A DNA stretch of 64,000 nt from the NCBI GenBank assembly GCA_034676805.1, contig JAXDDO010000064.1:7647-71646 (forward strand), given 5' to 3'. The number at the start of each line of letters is the position of its first letter. Position 1 is the first letter of the stretch. Position numbers and translations under genes: made by a program. The notes under the pieces are model-generated. The model had not been told where the DNA came from. It saw nothing but the letters and a program-made list of their open reading frames with translations, and did not search any database. The DNA is from Anaerolineae bacterium. GTDB lineage: Bacteria; Chloroflexota; Anaerolineae; B4-G1; SLSP01. This document shows, piece by piece, positions 37,275 through 47,001 of this stretch.

Positions 37275-38849
37275 GTGAGTACCACCCGCATGGCTGAAGC
37301 AAGACAGCTACCCCCCGAGAAGGGCCGGCAGCCCGTGCCACAATCGAGCTGGGCCACTTCCGTCTCGCTCGCCGCGCTGGCGCTACTGCTCCTCATGCTC
37401 GTTGCACTGGCTACGGCCTTCATTGGCTGGGTCTTTCTCCAGAGAATGGACCGGCTCTACCGGGGTCACATATACCCGAACGTGTACGCACTTGGCGTGC
37501 CGCTGGGCGGGATGAGCCCGGAGGCGGCTTCGGTCGCGCTGGAAGCGGTAGCCGACCAGGTCGATATCGGCCTGCTGGTGCTCACCGATGGCGAGCAGCG
37601 CTGGTCCTACCCGTGGTCGGTCGCCGGGCTGCGCGTCGATACCATGGGCACAGCGCAAGCAGCCCACGCTATCGGGCGGTCCGGCGGCTGGCGCGATCAG
37701 GCCAACGTCTGGCTCTATAGCCATGATGTGGCGCCGCGCTTCCTCTTCGACACGACAGCCGCCCGTGGCCTGCTGGCGGAACTGAGTGAGGAAGCCTCCC
37801 GGCCCGTGGTCGATGCGGCGATCAGAATGGAGCAGGGTCAGGTCTTGGTACTACAAGGCGAACCTGGGCGCGTGCTTGACATCCCCACGACACTGGCGCG
37901 ACTCCGCGAGGCCGGAGGATCGCCCTATCGCCTGGAGGTCCCCCTGGCTTTCGAGATCATCATGCCTCAGGAAGTAGAGAGCCGGGACATCATCTCCCAA
38001 GCAGAGACCCTTCTCGCGCGACAGATCACGATCTTGACCTACGACGTGCTCACCGAAGAGACTCTGAGTTGGGTGCTGGGGCGCGAACAGATCGCCACCT
38101 GGCTTTATATCGTGCCTGGCGAGGGCGGCAACCTGAACGTTGATGCCAACCAGTATGCCATCCGCGACACGCTCGTCGATCTATCGCAAGGCTTGGGCGA
38201 CGGTCGTGGCTTTCGCTTCGAGGAGGCAGCCGCCCAGGTCTTGAGCGCGTTCGACGCCGGCGAGTCACAGATATGGCTCTACCTGACCCACCCGGAGCGC
38301 ATCTACGTCGTTGAGCCGGGCGACACGCTCACGAGCCTGTCGGCCAAGCACGGGATGCCGGGCGGGCTCGTCGCCGAGGCTAATCCAGGGATCGATGTCG
38401 ACCGGCTCTTCGTTGGCCAGGAGATCCGCATACCATCGCAGGATATCCTCACCCCCCATATGCCCATCGTCAATCGAAGGATCGTCGTAAGCCTTGCCGA
38501 ACAGCGCACGCGTGTCTACGAGAATGGGCAGCTCCTCTACGACTGGGTCGTCTCCACAGGACTCCGGGACTCGCCCACCCACCAGGGCGTCTTCCAGGTG
38601 CTCGAGAAACATGAAGAAGCCTACGCCTCACAGTGGGATCTGTGGATGCCCTATTTCGTCGCTGTCTATCCTGCAGGAGGCGGCGTGCTGAATGGGTTTC
38701 ACGAACTACCGATCCTCGCAAATGGCAACCGGCTATGGGCCGGGTCTCTAGGTCGTCCAGCGTCGTTCGGATGCATTATCCTGGGCATTCCTGATGCCCA
38801 GACGCTGTACGATTGGGCGGAGATCGGGACCGTTGTCGAGATTCAGTGA
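37275..38849 (+). CDS. L,D-transpeptidase (YkuD) with a signal anchor, N-terminal repeat region and LysM domain
   Basis: LysM: YVVEPGDTLTSLSAKHG...VGQEIRIP. YkuD: GFHELP...SFGCIILG with catalytic Cys. Confidence 0.85.
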   Translation: MSTTRMAEARQLPPEKGRQPVPQSSWATSVSLAALALLLLMLVALATAFIGWVFLQRMDRLYRGHIYPNVYALGVPLGGMSPEAASVALEAVADQVDIGLLVLTDGEQRWSYPWSVAGLRVDTMGTAQAAHAIGRSGGWRDQANVWLYSHDVAPRFLFDTTAARGLLAELSEEASRPVVDAAIRMEQGQVLVLQGEPGRVLDIPTTLARLREAGGSPYRLEVPLAFEIIMPQEVESRDIISQAETLLARQITILTYDVLTEETLSWVLGREQIATWLYIVPGEGGNLNVDANQYAIRDTLVDLSQGLGDGRGFRFEEAAAQVLSAFDAGESQIWLYLTHPERIYVVEPGDTLTSLSAKHGMPGGLVAEANPGIDVDRLFVGQEIRIPSQDILTPHMPIVNRRIVVSLAEQRTRVYENGQLLYDWVVSTGLRDSPTHQGVFQVLEKHEEAYASQWDLWMPYFVAVYPAGGGVLNGFHELPILANGNRLWAGSLGRPASFGCIILGIPDAQTLYDWAEIGTVVEIQ

Positions 38850-38925
38850 CACACGGCGCAGAGGTTGCAGCCGACAGCTACCATCGGCTAATCGCGTAAG
38901 GAAATGATGTCTCGCGGCGAGGAGT

Positions 38926-41070
38926 TCACGCGCGCGGAAGCGTGAAGTAGAAGGTGCTGCCCATACCCGGAGTGCTCTCGACACCCACCGTGCCGTCTAG
39001 TTTCTCCAGAATCCGCCGGACAATCGACAACCCCAGCCCGTGACCCTCAGCGCGCACATTGTGGAGCCGCTCAAACGGCGTGAAGAGCTGCTCCTGCTGT
39101 TGCCCCGTGAGGCCCGGGCCGTTATCACGGACCCAGAAGCGAACGTGGTCGTCACCGGCCCTTAGGTCATAGCCTAGCTCGACGCGTGGAAGGGTCCCCG
39201 CCTCTGGTTTTCCCCCGTATTTGACCGCATTGCTCAGGTAGTTGACCCACACTTCCTCAATCCACTGCGGATAGCCCATCACCATCGGCCAAGCCCGGGC
39301 TTGGGTCACTTCGGCGCCCGCTTCCTCGATGAGGTAGTTCAGCCGGCTCCGTGCCTCCCGCACAATCTGCGCCATATCGAGCGGGCGCACGTCAACCTCA
39401 TCCATTTCTCGCACACTCGATAGCAGCAGCAACTCATCGATGATGTTGTTCATCTTCGCACTATTGCGATCCAAATACTGCAGGTACTCGCCCAGCATCG
39501 GCTTTTCCTCAGCCGGAATGGCGGCGCGCAGCAGATCCACAAACCCCATGAAGCCGGTCAAAGGACTGCGAAGATCGTGCGCTACGGTGTGGGCAAACGC
39601 ATCAAGCTCAGAGTTGCGGGCTTCGAGATCAGCGGCATAGCGGCGTAGCCGCGCCTCTGCTTCTTTGATGTCGGTGATATCGGTCAGAGCAGCTAGACTT
39701 CCAACCAGCTCGTTCCCTTGATACAGCGGGCGGATGCTCGCCAGAGCGGGCACCCTGTCCCCTTCGCGATTCCTGAGCACCGTCTCAAAACGGGCAGTGC
39801 CCCCCGCCGCGCCCCCTAACACACTGGTGCGAATAGTGTCGTACTGATCATCTGCAAAGAGCACGGAAGAGGACTGGCCGATCAGGTCCGGCGCCGCGTA
39901 ACCCAGCATGGCTGCAGCTGCAGGATTCGCAAACGTCACGCGTTGGCCCTGATCCATCACCAAGATCGCCTCTGCGACACCCTGGACGATGCCTTCGTTG
40001 TATTCCTTGAGATAGGCTGTCTCTTCCGACAGGCGCGCGTTTGCCAGTGCCACAGAGAGCTGACCGGCGACCGCGTTCAACTGCGCCAGGTGTTGTTCGC
40101 CGAAGTCCACCTGGTCGGGACGATTGATGGCGGTGATGGTCCCCAGCATCGTGCCCTGGTAATAGAGCGGGACCACCACAATGCCGCCGCATTGGGCTGC
40201 CTCGCGCCGTCTGCGTGCAGCGACGCTTTCGCGTGGATCGGGCTGTCCTTTTGGCGAGAGTACCGGCTGCACCCTCTGCACCACCCAACCGGTTAGCCCG
40301 TCCATGAGCTCTTCATACAAGGGTTCCTGCAGACAGGCGGCGCCGGCCCCCCCCATGGCGTAATGCGTCACTTGCTCGGTCTCCTGATTGAGTGCCACCA
40401 CCAGGACACGGTCGGCGGGCAACGCCTGGGCAGCACTGGTCGCCACCGTCTCCAGCATCTCTGGGATGTCCTCGCTCGTAATCAGCGAGCGCGCGATTCG
40501 ATGCAATGCCTCAGCCCTGGCCAGCGCTTGCTGCGTCACACGCAGTGCGGCCTCACGTGCCTCTTGCGCGGCGCGGCGCTCCGCGATTTCCTGCTCAAGC
40601 CTCTCGTTGACAGCGTCCAGCTCTGCAATAAGCCGTTCCCGCTCTGCCAACTCCTGCTGCAGGTGACGAGACGCATCACGCAACCGCAGATGCGTGCCGA
40701 CGCGAGCGATGACCTCCTGAACGTGCAACGGCTTGGAGACATAATCGACACCCCCCGCCTCAAACGCGTCGACCTTGTTCTTCTCGTCACTCAATGCGCT
40801 GATGAAGATGATGGGGATCTCGGCAGTTTGGGGGTTGGCCTGCAGCCGCTGGGCAACCTGATATCCGTTCAACTCGGGCATCATGATATCCAGCAGAATC
40901 AGGTCGGGGGGATCGGCCTGAGCCGCTTGCAGCGCCTCAATCCCGCCAGCGACCGCCTTCGTACGGTACCCGTGCATAGAGATGATCTGCGTCAGGAGAC
41001 GCAGGCTCATCGGCGAATCATCTACAATGAGGATCTGGTGAGACGATGTATCGTCGTTGCTGACAGCCAT
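38926..41070 (-). CDS. Soluble hybrid sensor: receiver (REC)-GAF-PAS-HisKA-HATPase
   Basis: REC ILIVDDSP...LILLDIMMP...VSKP. H-box HTVAHDLRSPL. N-box YLSNAVKY. DNGPGL and GHGLGLSIV. Confidence 0.9.
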   Translation of the reverse strand: MAVSNDDTSSHQILIVDDSPMSLRLLTQIISMHGYRTKAVAGGIEALQAAQADPPDLILLDIMMPELNGYQVAQRLQANPQTAEIPIIFISALSDEKNKVDAFEAGGVDYVSKPLHVQEVIARVGTHLRLRDASRHLQQELAERERLIAELDAVNERLEQEIAERRAAQEAREAALRVTQQALARAEALHRIARSLITSEDIPEMLETVATSAAQALPADRVLVVALNQETEQVTHYAMGGAGAACLQEPLYEELMDGLTGWVVQRVQPVLSPKGQPDPRESVAARRRREAAQCGGIVVVPLYYQGTMLGTITAINRPDQVDFGEQHLAQLNAVAGQLSVALANARLSEETAYLKEYNEGIVQGVAEAILVMDQGQRVTFANPAAAAMLGYAAPDLIGQSSSVLFADDQYDTIRTSVLGGAAGGTARFETVLRNREGDRVPALASIRPLYQGNELVGSLAALTDITDIKEAEARLRRYAADLEARNSELDAFAHTVAHDLRSPLTGFMGFVDLLRAAIPAEEKPMLGEYLQYLDRNSAKMNNIIDELLLLSSVREMDEVDVRPLDMAQIVREARSRLNYLIEEAGAEVTQARAWPMVMGYPQWIEEVWVNYLSNAVKYGGKPEAGTLPRVELGYDLRAGDDHVRFWVRDNGPGLTGQQQEQLFTPFERLHNVRAEGHGLGLSIVRRILEKLDGTVGVESTPGMGSTFYFTLPRA

Positions 41071-41238
41071 CTTGCGTGCTCGATCGGTCGTTTGATATAG
41101 CTCTGTACGTCATAACGCCAGCAGAACGCACCGGCAGGATAGGTACGTATCGTAGCACAACGGTGAGTCTACACGACCACGCCTGGAGGTCAACCCTATG
41201 ACGGGCTGCATCGCAGCCGCACTATGACGACCCCGACG

Positions 41239-42252
41239 TCACCTGGCACTCGCAGCGGCACGGCGCCGAGCCGCGATCCGCGCAGCTTCAGTGATGGCGG
41301 CGAGCATGCTCCCTTCAGAGGCAATCCCCTGCCCCGCGATGTCGAACGCCGTCCCGTGATCGGCCGACGTGCGAATGATCGGCAGGCCAAGCGTGATTGT
41401 GATGGACTGCTCAAATCCATGCGTCTTGACAGCAACGTGGCCTTGATCGTGATGCATCGTCACGACGACATCGTAATCGCCACGGATGGCCTGAAAGAAG
41501 ACCGAGTCCGCAGGGATCGGGCCGCGGACGTCGATCCCTCTCCCGCGTGCGGCCTCTACGGCGGGCCCTATTTCCTCGATCTCCTCACGGCCTAAAAGCC
41601 CTCCTTCACCGTTGTGCGGGTTGAGCCCCGCGACCGCCAGGCGCGGCGCCGAGTAACCCAGGCCACGCATGCCCTCATGGGTGATCAGGATCGTCTCCAA
41701 CACATTCGCTGCTGTTATCTGGGCAGCGATGTCACGGAAAGGGATGTGGCGCGTCACGTGCGTAACGCGCAGCCCCGGCGTCGCCAGCATTGTGGTGCAC
41801 GCCGAGGTTCCGGTGATCTCCGCGAGCATCTCAGTATGGCCGATGTAGTGGTACCCGGCCAGCCTGATCGCCTCTTTGTTCAACGGTGCCGTCGCCACCG
41901 CGTCGATTGCCCCACCCATAGCCAACTCGGTCGCCTTGAGGACATACGCCACCGCTGCGCGCCCAGCCGGTGAGCAGAGTTGACCGATCTTCACCGCCGC
42001 GACATCGAGATTGCGAAGGTCCAGCAGAACCACATCGCCAGGCTCCCAGGCTGCCTGGTCGACCTCGGTCACCACACGCAAGCGCGGAATCGGGGCAGCA
42101 AATCGCGGATCGCCGAAGACGCTGCAGTCACCGATGACCAACGGCCGGCACAGAGCATAGACTTCGTCATGTCGCAGCGCCTTCGACACGACTTCGGGGC
42201 CAATGCCGGCCACATCCCCTATGGTAATACCAACAACAGGAAGTTCGCCCAT
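41239..42252 (-). CDS. PdxA-family NAD(P)-dependent 4-hydroxythreonine-4-phosphate dehydrogenase-like oxidoreductase
   Basis: TMHHDQGH metal motif, TSADHGTAFDIAG. PdxA versus PdxA2-type specificity cannot be called. Start at 42252 (MGELPVVGI). Confidence 0.85.
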   Translation of the reverse strand: MGELPVVGITIGDVAGIGPEVVSKALRHDEVYALCRPLVIGDCSVFGDPRFAAPIPRLRVVTEVDQAAWEPGDVVLLDLRNLDVAAVKIGQLCSPAGRAAVAYVLKATELAMGGAIDAVATAPLNKEAIRLAGYHYIGHTEMLAEITGTSACTTMLATPGLRVTHVTRHIPFRDIAAQITAANVLETILITHEGMRGLGYSAPRLAVAGLNPHNGEGGLLGREEIEEIGPAVEAARGRGIDVRGPIPADSVFFQAIRGDYDVVVTMHHDQGHVAVKTHGFEQSITITLGLPIIRTSADHGTAFDIAGQGIASEGSMLAAITEAARIAARRRAAASAR

Positions 42253-42343
42253 GGTTGCCTCTCTACCACCGTCAAGCGCGTTGCGCCAATGTGCCAACGT
42301 CCCGGGTTTCGCGGATGTCCCGCCCTGGGACGGGAGGTGTGCT

Positions 42344-44224
42344 TTACAGCACCATCGCGGACAGGTAGATGTCGGTGAACTCCCGATGGGCTGTCAGCTC
42401 GATGTAGTGGACCCGATCCACGATTGACTCCGCCACACGGCGCCTGGTCGCGGAGATCAGCATCTGCCGCGCCCCCGTCCCGGCGGCATTGCCCACCTGC
42501 CTGAAGCGGTTCAGCGGCAGTGGGGGGAACATCCCGATCCGGGTAGCGCTCTTCAGGTCCAGATACGTCCCGAAGGCCCCCGCCACGATGAAGGTCTGGA
42601 TGTCATCATGACTCAGCCCTGCCTCACTCAAGAGCACTTCCACCCCGGCACGAATGGCACCCTTCGCGAGCTGGATCTCGTTCACATCTTGCCGCGTAAC
42701 CAATAGGTCGTGCCCGTTGCCCGTGTGCGGCTGCTCGACAAGGCGGAATGCGCCGCCGCCCTGCCACGGCACAATCCGCGCATGGTCCTGCTGAAATCGG
42801 CCGGTTCGGCCAATGATCCCGGCTCCACGAAGCTCCGCCACGACATCCAAGATGCCCGACCCGCAGATTCCCACCGCCGGGCGATTGCCGATGGTCTGCA
42901 CGCGAACCTCATCACTAGCCGCGCCATGCGCGATCTGAACATACTCGACAGCCCCAGGAGCAGCACGCATGCCTGCGTGGATGTGTGCACCCTCGAAGGC
43001 CGGCCCCGATGCACACGAGCAGCTCAGAAGCCGGCCCTCCAGAATCAGACTTATCTCCGTGTTGGTGCCGATGTCCAGGGCAACCGTCGGCTCTGTTGCC
43101 TGCCAGGCTTCCGTCGCCAGCAACATCGAGACGTGATCTGCACCCACGTATCCCGCAATGTTCGGAGGCAGGTAGACCTTCGCGCCAGGAGCAAGCTTCA
43201 GGCCAAGGTGCTCGGCCTCGATATCGAGGGGCTCACTGACCGCCGCGACATAGGGCGACGCGCCGAGCTGCGCCACTGGGAGCCCGGCAAACAAGTGATG
43301 GATCGCGGTGTTCCCCACCACGACGGCGTCGACGATCTGTTCCTGCTCCACGCCGGCTTCCGCCGCCAGACGCGCCGCCAACTCGTTAAGCCCGTCGATG
43401 AGACGGCTCTGCAGGATATCTCGACCGTCGGGATGCATGTTGGCATAGGCGATGCGGCTGACAACGTCTTCGCCGTACGCAATCTGCGGGTTCATAATCC
43501 CATCTTTGGCCAGCGTATGGCCGGTTTCAAGATCGACGAGATAGGCCGCGACCTTTGTCGTTCCGATGTCTACTGCCAGCCCCACGATCCGTTCACCACG
43601 CCGGGCAACCCCCACAACCTCCTGCCAGGGACGCCGCCGGTACTGCCCCAGAATCGGCTCGTGCCGGAGCAGGACCACTCGGCCCGACCAGTCGAGCGCC
43701 CGCAACCGCTCCGAAAGCGTGCGCAACACCGGCTGCCCATAGAATGGACGCGGCACACCGTGCCCGGTCAAGCCGTCCGTGAGTCGGACTGTGTCCGCAC
43801 GCAGGTCGTCAAGCCTGGGCGGGGGCAAAGTCACATCGACCACCTCGATCACTGGCTCGAGCGAGATCTCGACCTCTTGCCCCTCGACCTGCAGCCTCTG
43901 CGGCGTGCTCAGCGACTCGGGCGGGATGTTGATCTTGACGTCACCCAGTGGGCGTGCCTGGCAAGCCAGCCGAAACCCTGCTTCGAGCTCCGCGGAGCGG
44001 AAGAAGCGCTGCTCACTCGCGGTCGGGGCGCTTAGCTCCCCCTCGATGAGCTGAACACGGCACTTGCCGCAGGAACCTGCGCCGCCACATACGGCAGCGA
44101 TCTCGACGCCGGCATCTTGTGCCGCCTCTAGCAGCGTCATACCAGGGGCTACAACAGCCCGTCGACCTATAGGCTGAAGATCGACTGAGAAGTGCTTCGC
44201 TTCCGATATTTCCTTTTTCACCAT
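42344..44224 (-). CDS. [2Fe-2S] ferredoxin fused to an ASKHA ATPase (DUF4445), RACo-like reductive-activase architecture
   Basis: N-terminal CGGAGSCGKCRV plant-type ferredoxin, linker, then an actin-fold ATPase (LAVDIGTTKV, LDIGTNTE). 626 aa. Confidence 0.8.
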   Translation of the reverse strand: MVKKEISEAKHFSVDLQPIGRRAVVAPGMTLLEAAQDAGVEIAAVCGGAGSCGKCRVQLIEGELSAPTASEQRFFRSAELEAGFRLACQARPLGDVKINIPPESLSTPQRLQVEGQEVEISLEPVIEVVDVTLPPPRLDDLRADTVRLTDGLTGHGVPRPFYGQPVLRTLSERLRALDWSGRVVLLRHEPILGQYRRRPWQEVVGVARRGERIVGLAVDIGTTKVAAYLVDLETGHTLAKDGIMNPQIAYGEDVVSRIAYANMHPDGRDILQSRLIDGLNELAARLAAEAGVEQEQIVDAVVVGNTAIHHLFAGLPVAQLGASPYVAAVSEPLDIEAEHLGLKLAPGAKVYLPPNIAGYVGADHVSMLLATEAWQATEPTVALDIGTNTEISLILEGRLLSCSCASGPAFEGAHIHAGMRAAPGAVEYVQIAHGAASDEVRVQTIGNRPAVGICGSGILDVVAELRGAGIIGRTGRFQQDHARIVPWQGGGAFRLVEQPHTGNGHDLLVTRQDVNEIQLAKGAIRAGVEVLLSEAGLSHDDIQTFIVAGAFGTYLDLKSATRIGMFPPLPLNRFRQVGNAAGTGARQMLISATRRRVAESIVDRVHYIELTAHREFTDIYLSAMVL

Positions 44225-44597
44225 ACCGCCTTAGTCTGTGCCTTGAGTCTTGGATGTCATCGCGAAAAAACGTACAGTAGCAAACAGCTTGACTCACTCC
44301 GGGTGCGGCTATTGCAGCACGCATCGCCAGCCGTTCATCTCAACACCGGATTGTAACACGTAGGACACCATACTCAAGCCCGATATGCTGTCTTCTGTCG
44401 AAGGAGCGAACCGCTTGCCAAAGGTCTGCGCCCCTCTATCATGGAGGTGAGACTGATTGACGGCGGCCATCGTAGTTTGACCCTAGCGACCCAACCACAG
44501 GGCACGCGTGCCCACCGTCATTCGGTCCACGGTGTACTATAAGGACTCATGCCCCTGGAACGCCAGGCATCTCCAAATCGGAAAGGGAGACAAAAGC

Positions 44598-45929
44598 GTG
44601 AACAAGCTACGTTCCATCGCCGGGTTGGTGCTCGTGGCGTGCATCGCCGCGTTGAGTACGTGTGCGCCACCAACGGACGCTCCCCCGGCGCCTACGACTG
44701 AAGCAGTGGCGCAGACCGATGTCTGCATCGACAGCGAGACCGGCGCGCGTCTCACATACGAAGAAGCCCTGGCGATCGCCGAGCAGAGCCCTTGCGTCGA
44801 GGAAGGCCCACTCACAGACGTAAGGCAGTGCAACCCCGGCACGGGTACCTGGTGGATCGACCTGCAGATCGATGAGCCAGGGTGCAGCCCTGCCTGTGTG
44901 GTCGACGTAAACAGCCGTTCGGCGGAAGTGAACTGGCGCTGCACCGGCGCGATCCCGTCCGAAGACACGGCGACGCCCACCAGCGAACCCGAAGCCGCGG
45001 AACTCGCGCTCGGGCCGTCGAAATACGCCAACGCCGAATATGGCTTCGCCTTCTGGTACCCACCGGCTTGGGCCATCGAGCTCCGTCCCCAACAAGAGGT
45101 CGACGGTCAGATGCTCCCCAACGCAGTCATCCTGCGACAGAGCGGGATGCGCATCACGGTGCAGTTCGCCCGGCCGGGAGAGAGTGCAGACCTGGGTGCC
45201 GGCGAGCACGGAGAGGGGGAGGTGGCCGACCGGGGCACAGTAACGCTGTTCGACCGGCCGCTGCCCAGACGCGTTCTCATCCACGAGAACAAGGATAAGT
45301 TGATCTTCGTGACCGAGCGTCTGGATGACCTGGAGCTCTACGTTCAGTTGGATGACGAACAGACCAGCGACTACGCCGCTATTGAGCTTCCGGCGTGGGC
45401 CCAGGATGATTTCGAGGAAATCGTGGCCTCGTTCAAGCGCACGGCAGTCTTCTCTACCGTGGTCCAAGATCCTCACCCCGATTGGAGCACGTATCTCAAC
45501 GCCGACTTCGACTTCTCCTTCCGCTACCCCTCAACCTATACCGTAGTCGAAACGCCCGGAGGGGAGGAGATCCCTGGGGGGATGGCACCTGCAGCAATCG
45601 ACCTCCGGCGCGACGGATATCTGCTCCGGGTGCAGTACAAGCGCGCGGGTGAGGACGGTGTCATGGGCCCGAGCGACCTACCGCCAGGCATCGTCGCAGA
45701 GGCAGGCGAAGTCTCCATAATGGGACAACCCATACCTATCCACACACTGGTCCACGAGGAGCGAACCAAGCTCATCTTCGTAGGTTACCAGGATGACATT
45801 ATGGATCTCTACGTGGGATTCAGCCTCGATCAGGCAGACGTGCCCTACGAAGAGATCGACCTGCCTGAGGCGGTTCAGGCCGAGGTCAGGGAGGTCCTGG
45901 CATCGTTTGAGAAGGTCACGAGCGAGTGA
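44598..45929 (+). CDS. Lipoprotein with a Cys-rich N-terminal module and an internally duplicated ~130-aa domain
   Basis: GTG start after a GGAAAGGGAGA RBS. Lipobox ALSTC. Duplicated halves start YGFAFWYPPAW and FDFSFRYPSTY and end KLIFV...ELP..AQ...EE(I/V)(V/L)ASF(K/E)(R/K). Confidence 0.7.
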   Translation: MNKLRSIAGLVLVACIAALSTCAPPTDAPPAPTTEAVAQTDVCIDSETGARLTYEEALAIAEQSPCVEEGPLTDVRQCNPGTGTWWIDLQIDEPGCSPACVVDVNSRSAEVNWRCTGAIPSEDTATPTSEPEAAELALGPSKYANAEYGFAFWYPPAWAIELRPQQEVDGQMLPNAVILRQSGMRITVQFARPGESADLGAGEHGEGEVADRGTVTLFDRPLPRRVLIHENKDKLIFVTERLDDLELYVQLDDEQTSDYAAIELPAWAQDDFEEIVASFKRTAVFSTVVQDPHPDWSTYLNADFDFSFRYPSTYTVVETPGGEEIPGGMAPAAIDLRRDGYLLRVQYKRAGEDGVMGPSDLPPGIVAEAGEVSIMGQPIPIHTLVHEERTKLIFVGYQDDIMDLYVGFSLDQADVPYEEIDLPEAVQAEVREVLASFEKVTSE

Positions 45930-45961
45930 TTCTCTGGAGTCAGCGCGTTAAGGAGCCACAG

Positions 45962-46732
45962 ATGAAATGCCGATGGCTGTTAATAGGGGCGTTTCTTGGA
46001 ACGACTCTGGCCTGCAGCCTGATAGAGCGCACGCCCGCGCCTGCTGAGACAGCGTGGCAGGCTACGGTCGATGCTTTGGTCGCGCTACGCTCGGGGCTAG
46101 GATTGCCCGAACACCTTCGGAGCGACTCCCCCGTCAGACATCCCGACGACTTCGACACTAATGCATACTTCTCCGTGCTGAAGCATCTCTCGATGGCTCC
46201 GGGCTACGTCCTCGACTACGTCTACTATATGGACGGGATGGGCGGACATCCCGTCCTGTATGCGCGACCAGCGGAACAGGCACCGTACGCAGCTTACGAC
46301 GACTATGCCGCGGCAGTAGGTGGACGTCCCGACCCTCACGCCTATCTGGCCCACGTCCAGGCCGACGGTACGGCGGAGAGCTACTTTGAGCTGGCGCTGT
46401 TGCGGACTATGGCCGGTCAGTTCTATCTCTACTGGCACGCGGGCTACAATGACACGACGCTAGTCTGCTCGTGGGAAGCAGCCGAAGCACTGATCGCTGA
46501 CAACGCCTTCGGCATGTCGATGCCCAAGCGCGACCGGGCTGCGGTCCGACGGCTGGACTTCGAGCCACAGGTAGAGCTCCGCGACGAGGCCGCCGTGGTA
46601 CGTGTAGTCACGTTCACGAAATGGGGCGGGTTCTTTGAGGACACGTTCAGTTTCCGGCGCGACTCCCCCCATACCCTACTGGACCTCGAGAGCGACGAGC
46701 TTGTCCCGTACGATTGCGGTGTGATGTTCTAG
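45962..46732 (+). CDS. Putative lipoprotein, unknown function
   Basis: MKCRWLLIGAFLGTTLAC lipobox. AAGGAG RBS. 256 aa from this start. Confidence 0.6.
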   Translation: MKCRWLLIGAFLGTTLACSLIERTPAPAETAWQATVDALVALRSGLGLPEHLRSDSPVRHPDDFDTNAYFSVLKHLSMAPGYVLDYVYYMDGMGGHPVLYARPAEQAPYAAYDDYAAAVGGRPDPHAYLAHVQADGTAESYFELALLRTMAGQFYLYWHAGYNDTTLVCSWEAAEALIADNAFGMSMPKRDRAAVRRLDFEPQVELRDEAAVVRVVTFTKWGGFFEDTFSFRRDSPHTLLDLESDELVPYDCGVMF

Positions 46733-46769
46733 CGCCACCCGAGCCGAAAGGCTGCACGATCCACCGAAC

Positions 46770-46812
46770 AACAGCAGACCGGGGGGGCTCAGAGCCCCCC
46801 CGGTCTGCTGTT
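46770..46812 (+). terminator. Very strong stem-loop (18-bp perfect stem)
   Basis: AACAGCAGACCGGGGGGG-CTCAGAG-CCCCCCCGGTCTGCTGTT. Only a short U stretch follows. Confidence 0.7.
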
Positions 46813-47001
46813 GTGATATGCAAGCGTCACGCGATCGTAACCCAAGGTACAGCAAATCCGGCTGATCATGTAAGTGGAACCTGGAACCTTACGTGCTGCG
46901 CCTACGTCTAGAGCATGTAGCTACGCAGAGAGCCGCGGCCAACGGCGGCTCACTAACCGGAAACAAGGATAGAGGCGTTCAGATCGAAAAGGAGGATATG
47001 T

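Noticed and set aside
41071-41238. Direct repeat CTATGACG (x2) flanking a short GGCTGC/GCAGCC hairpin after the pdxA-like gene
   Set aside because: The stem is only 6 bp and there is no U-tract. It is too weak to call as a terminator or a repeat element.
44225-44597. Cobalamin riboswitch upstream of the RACo-like gene in the 373-nt gap
   Set aside because: I could not find a B12-box-like sequence on the minus strand. The gap is better explained as a divergent promoter region.
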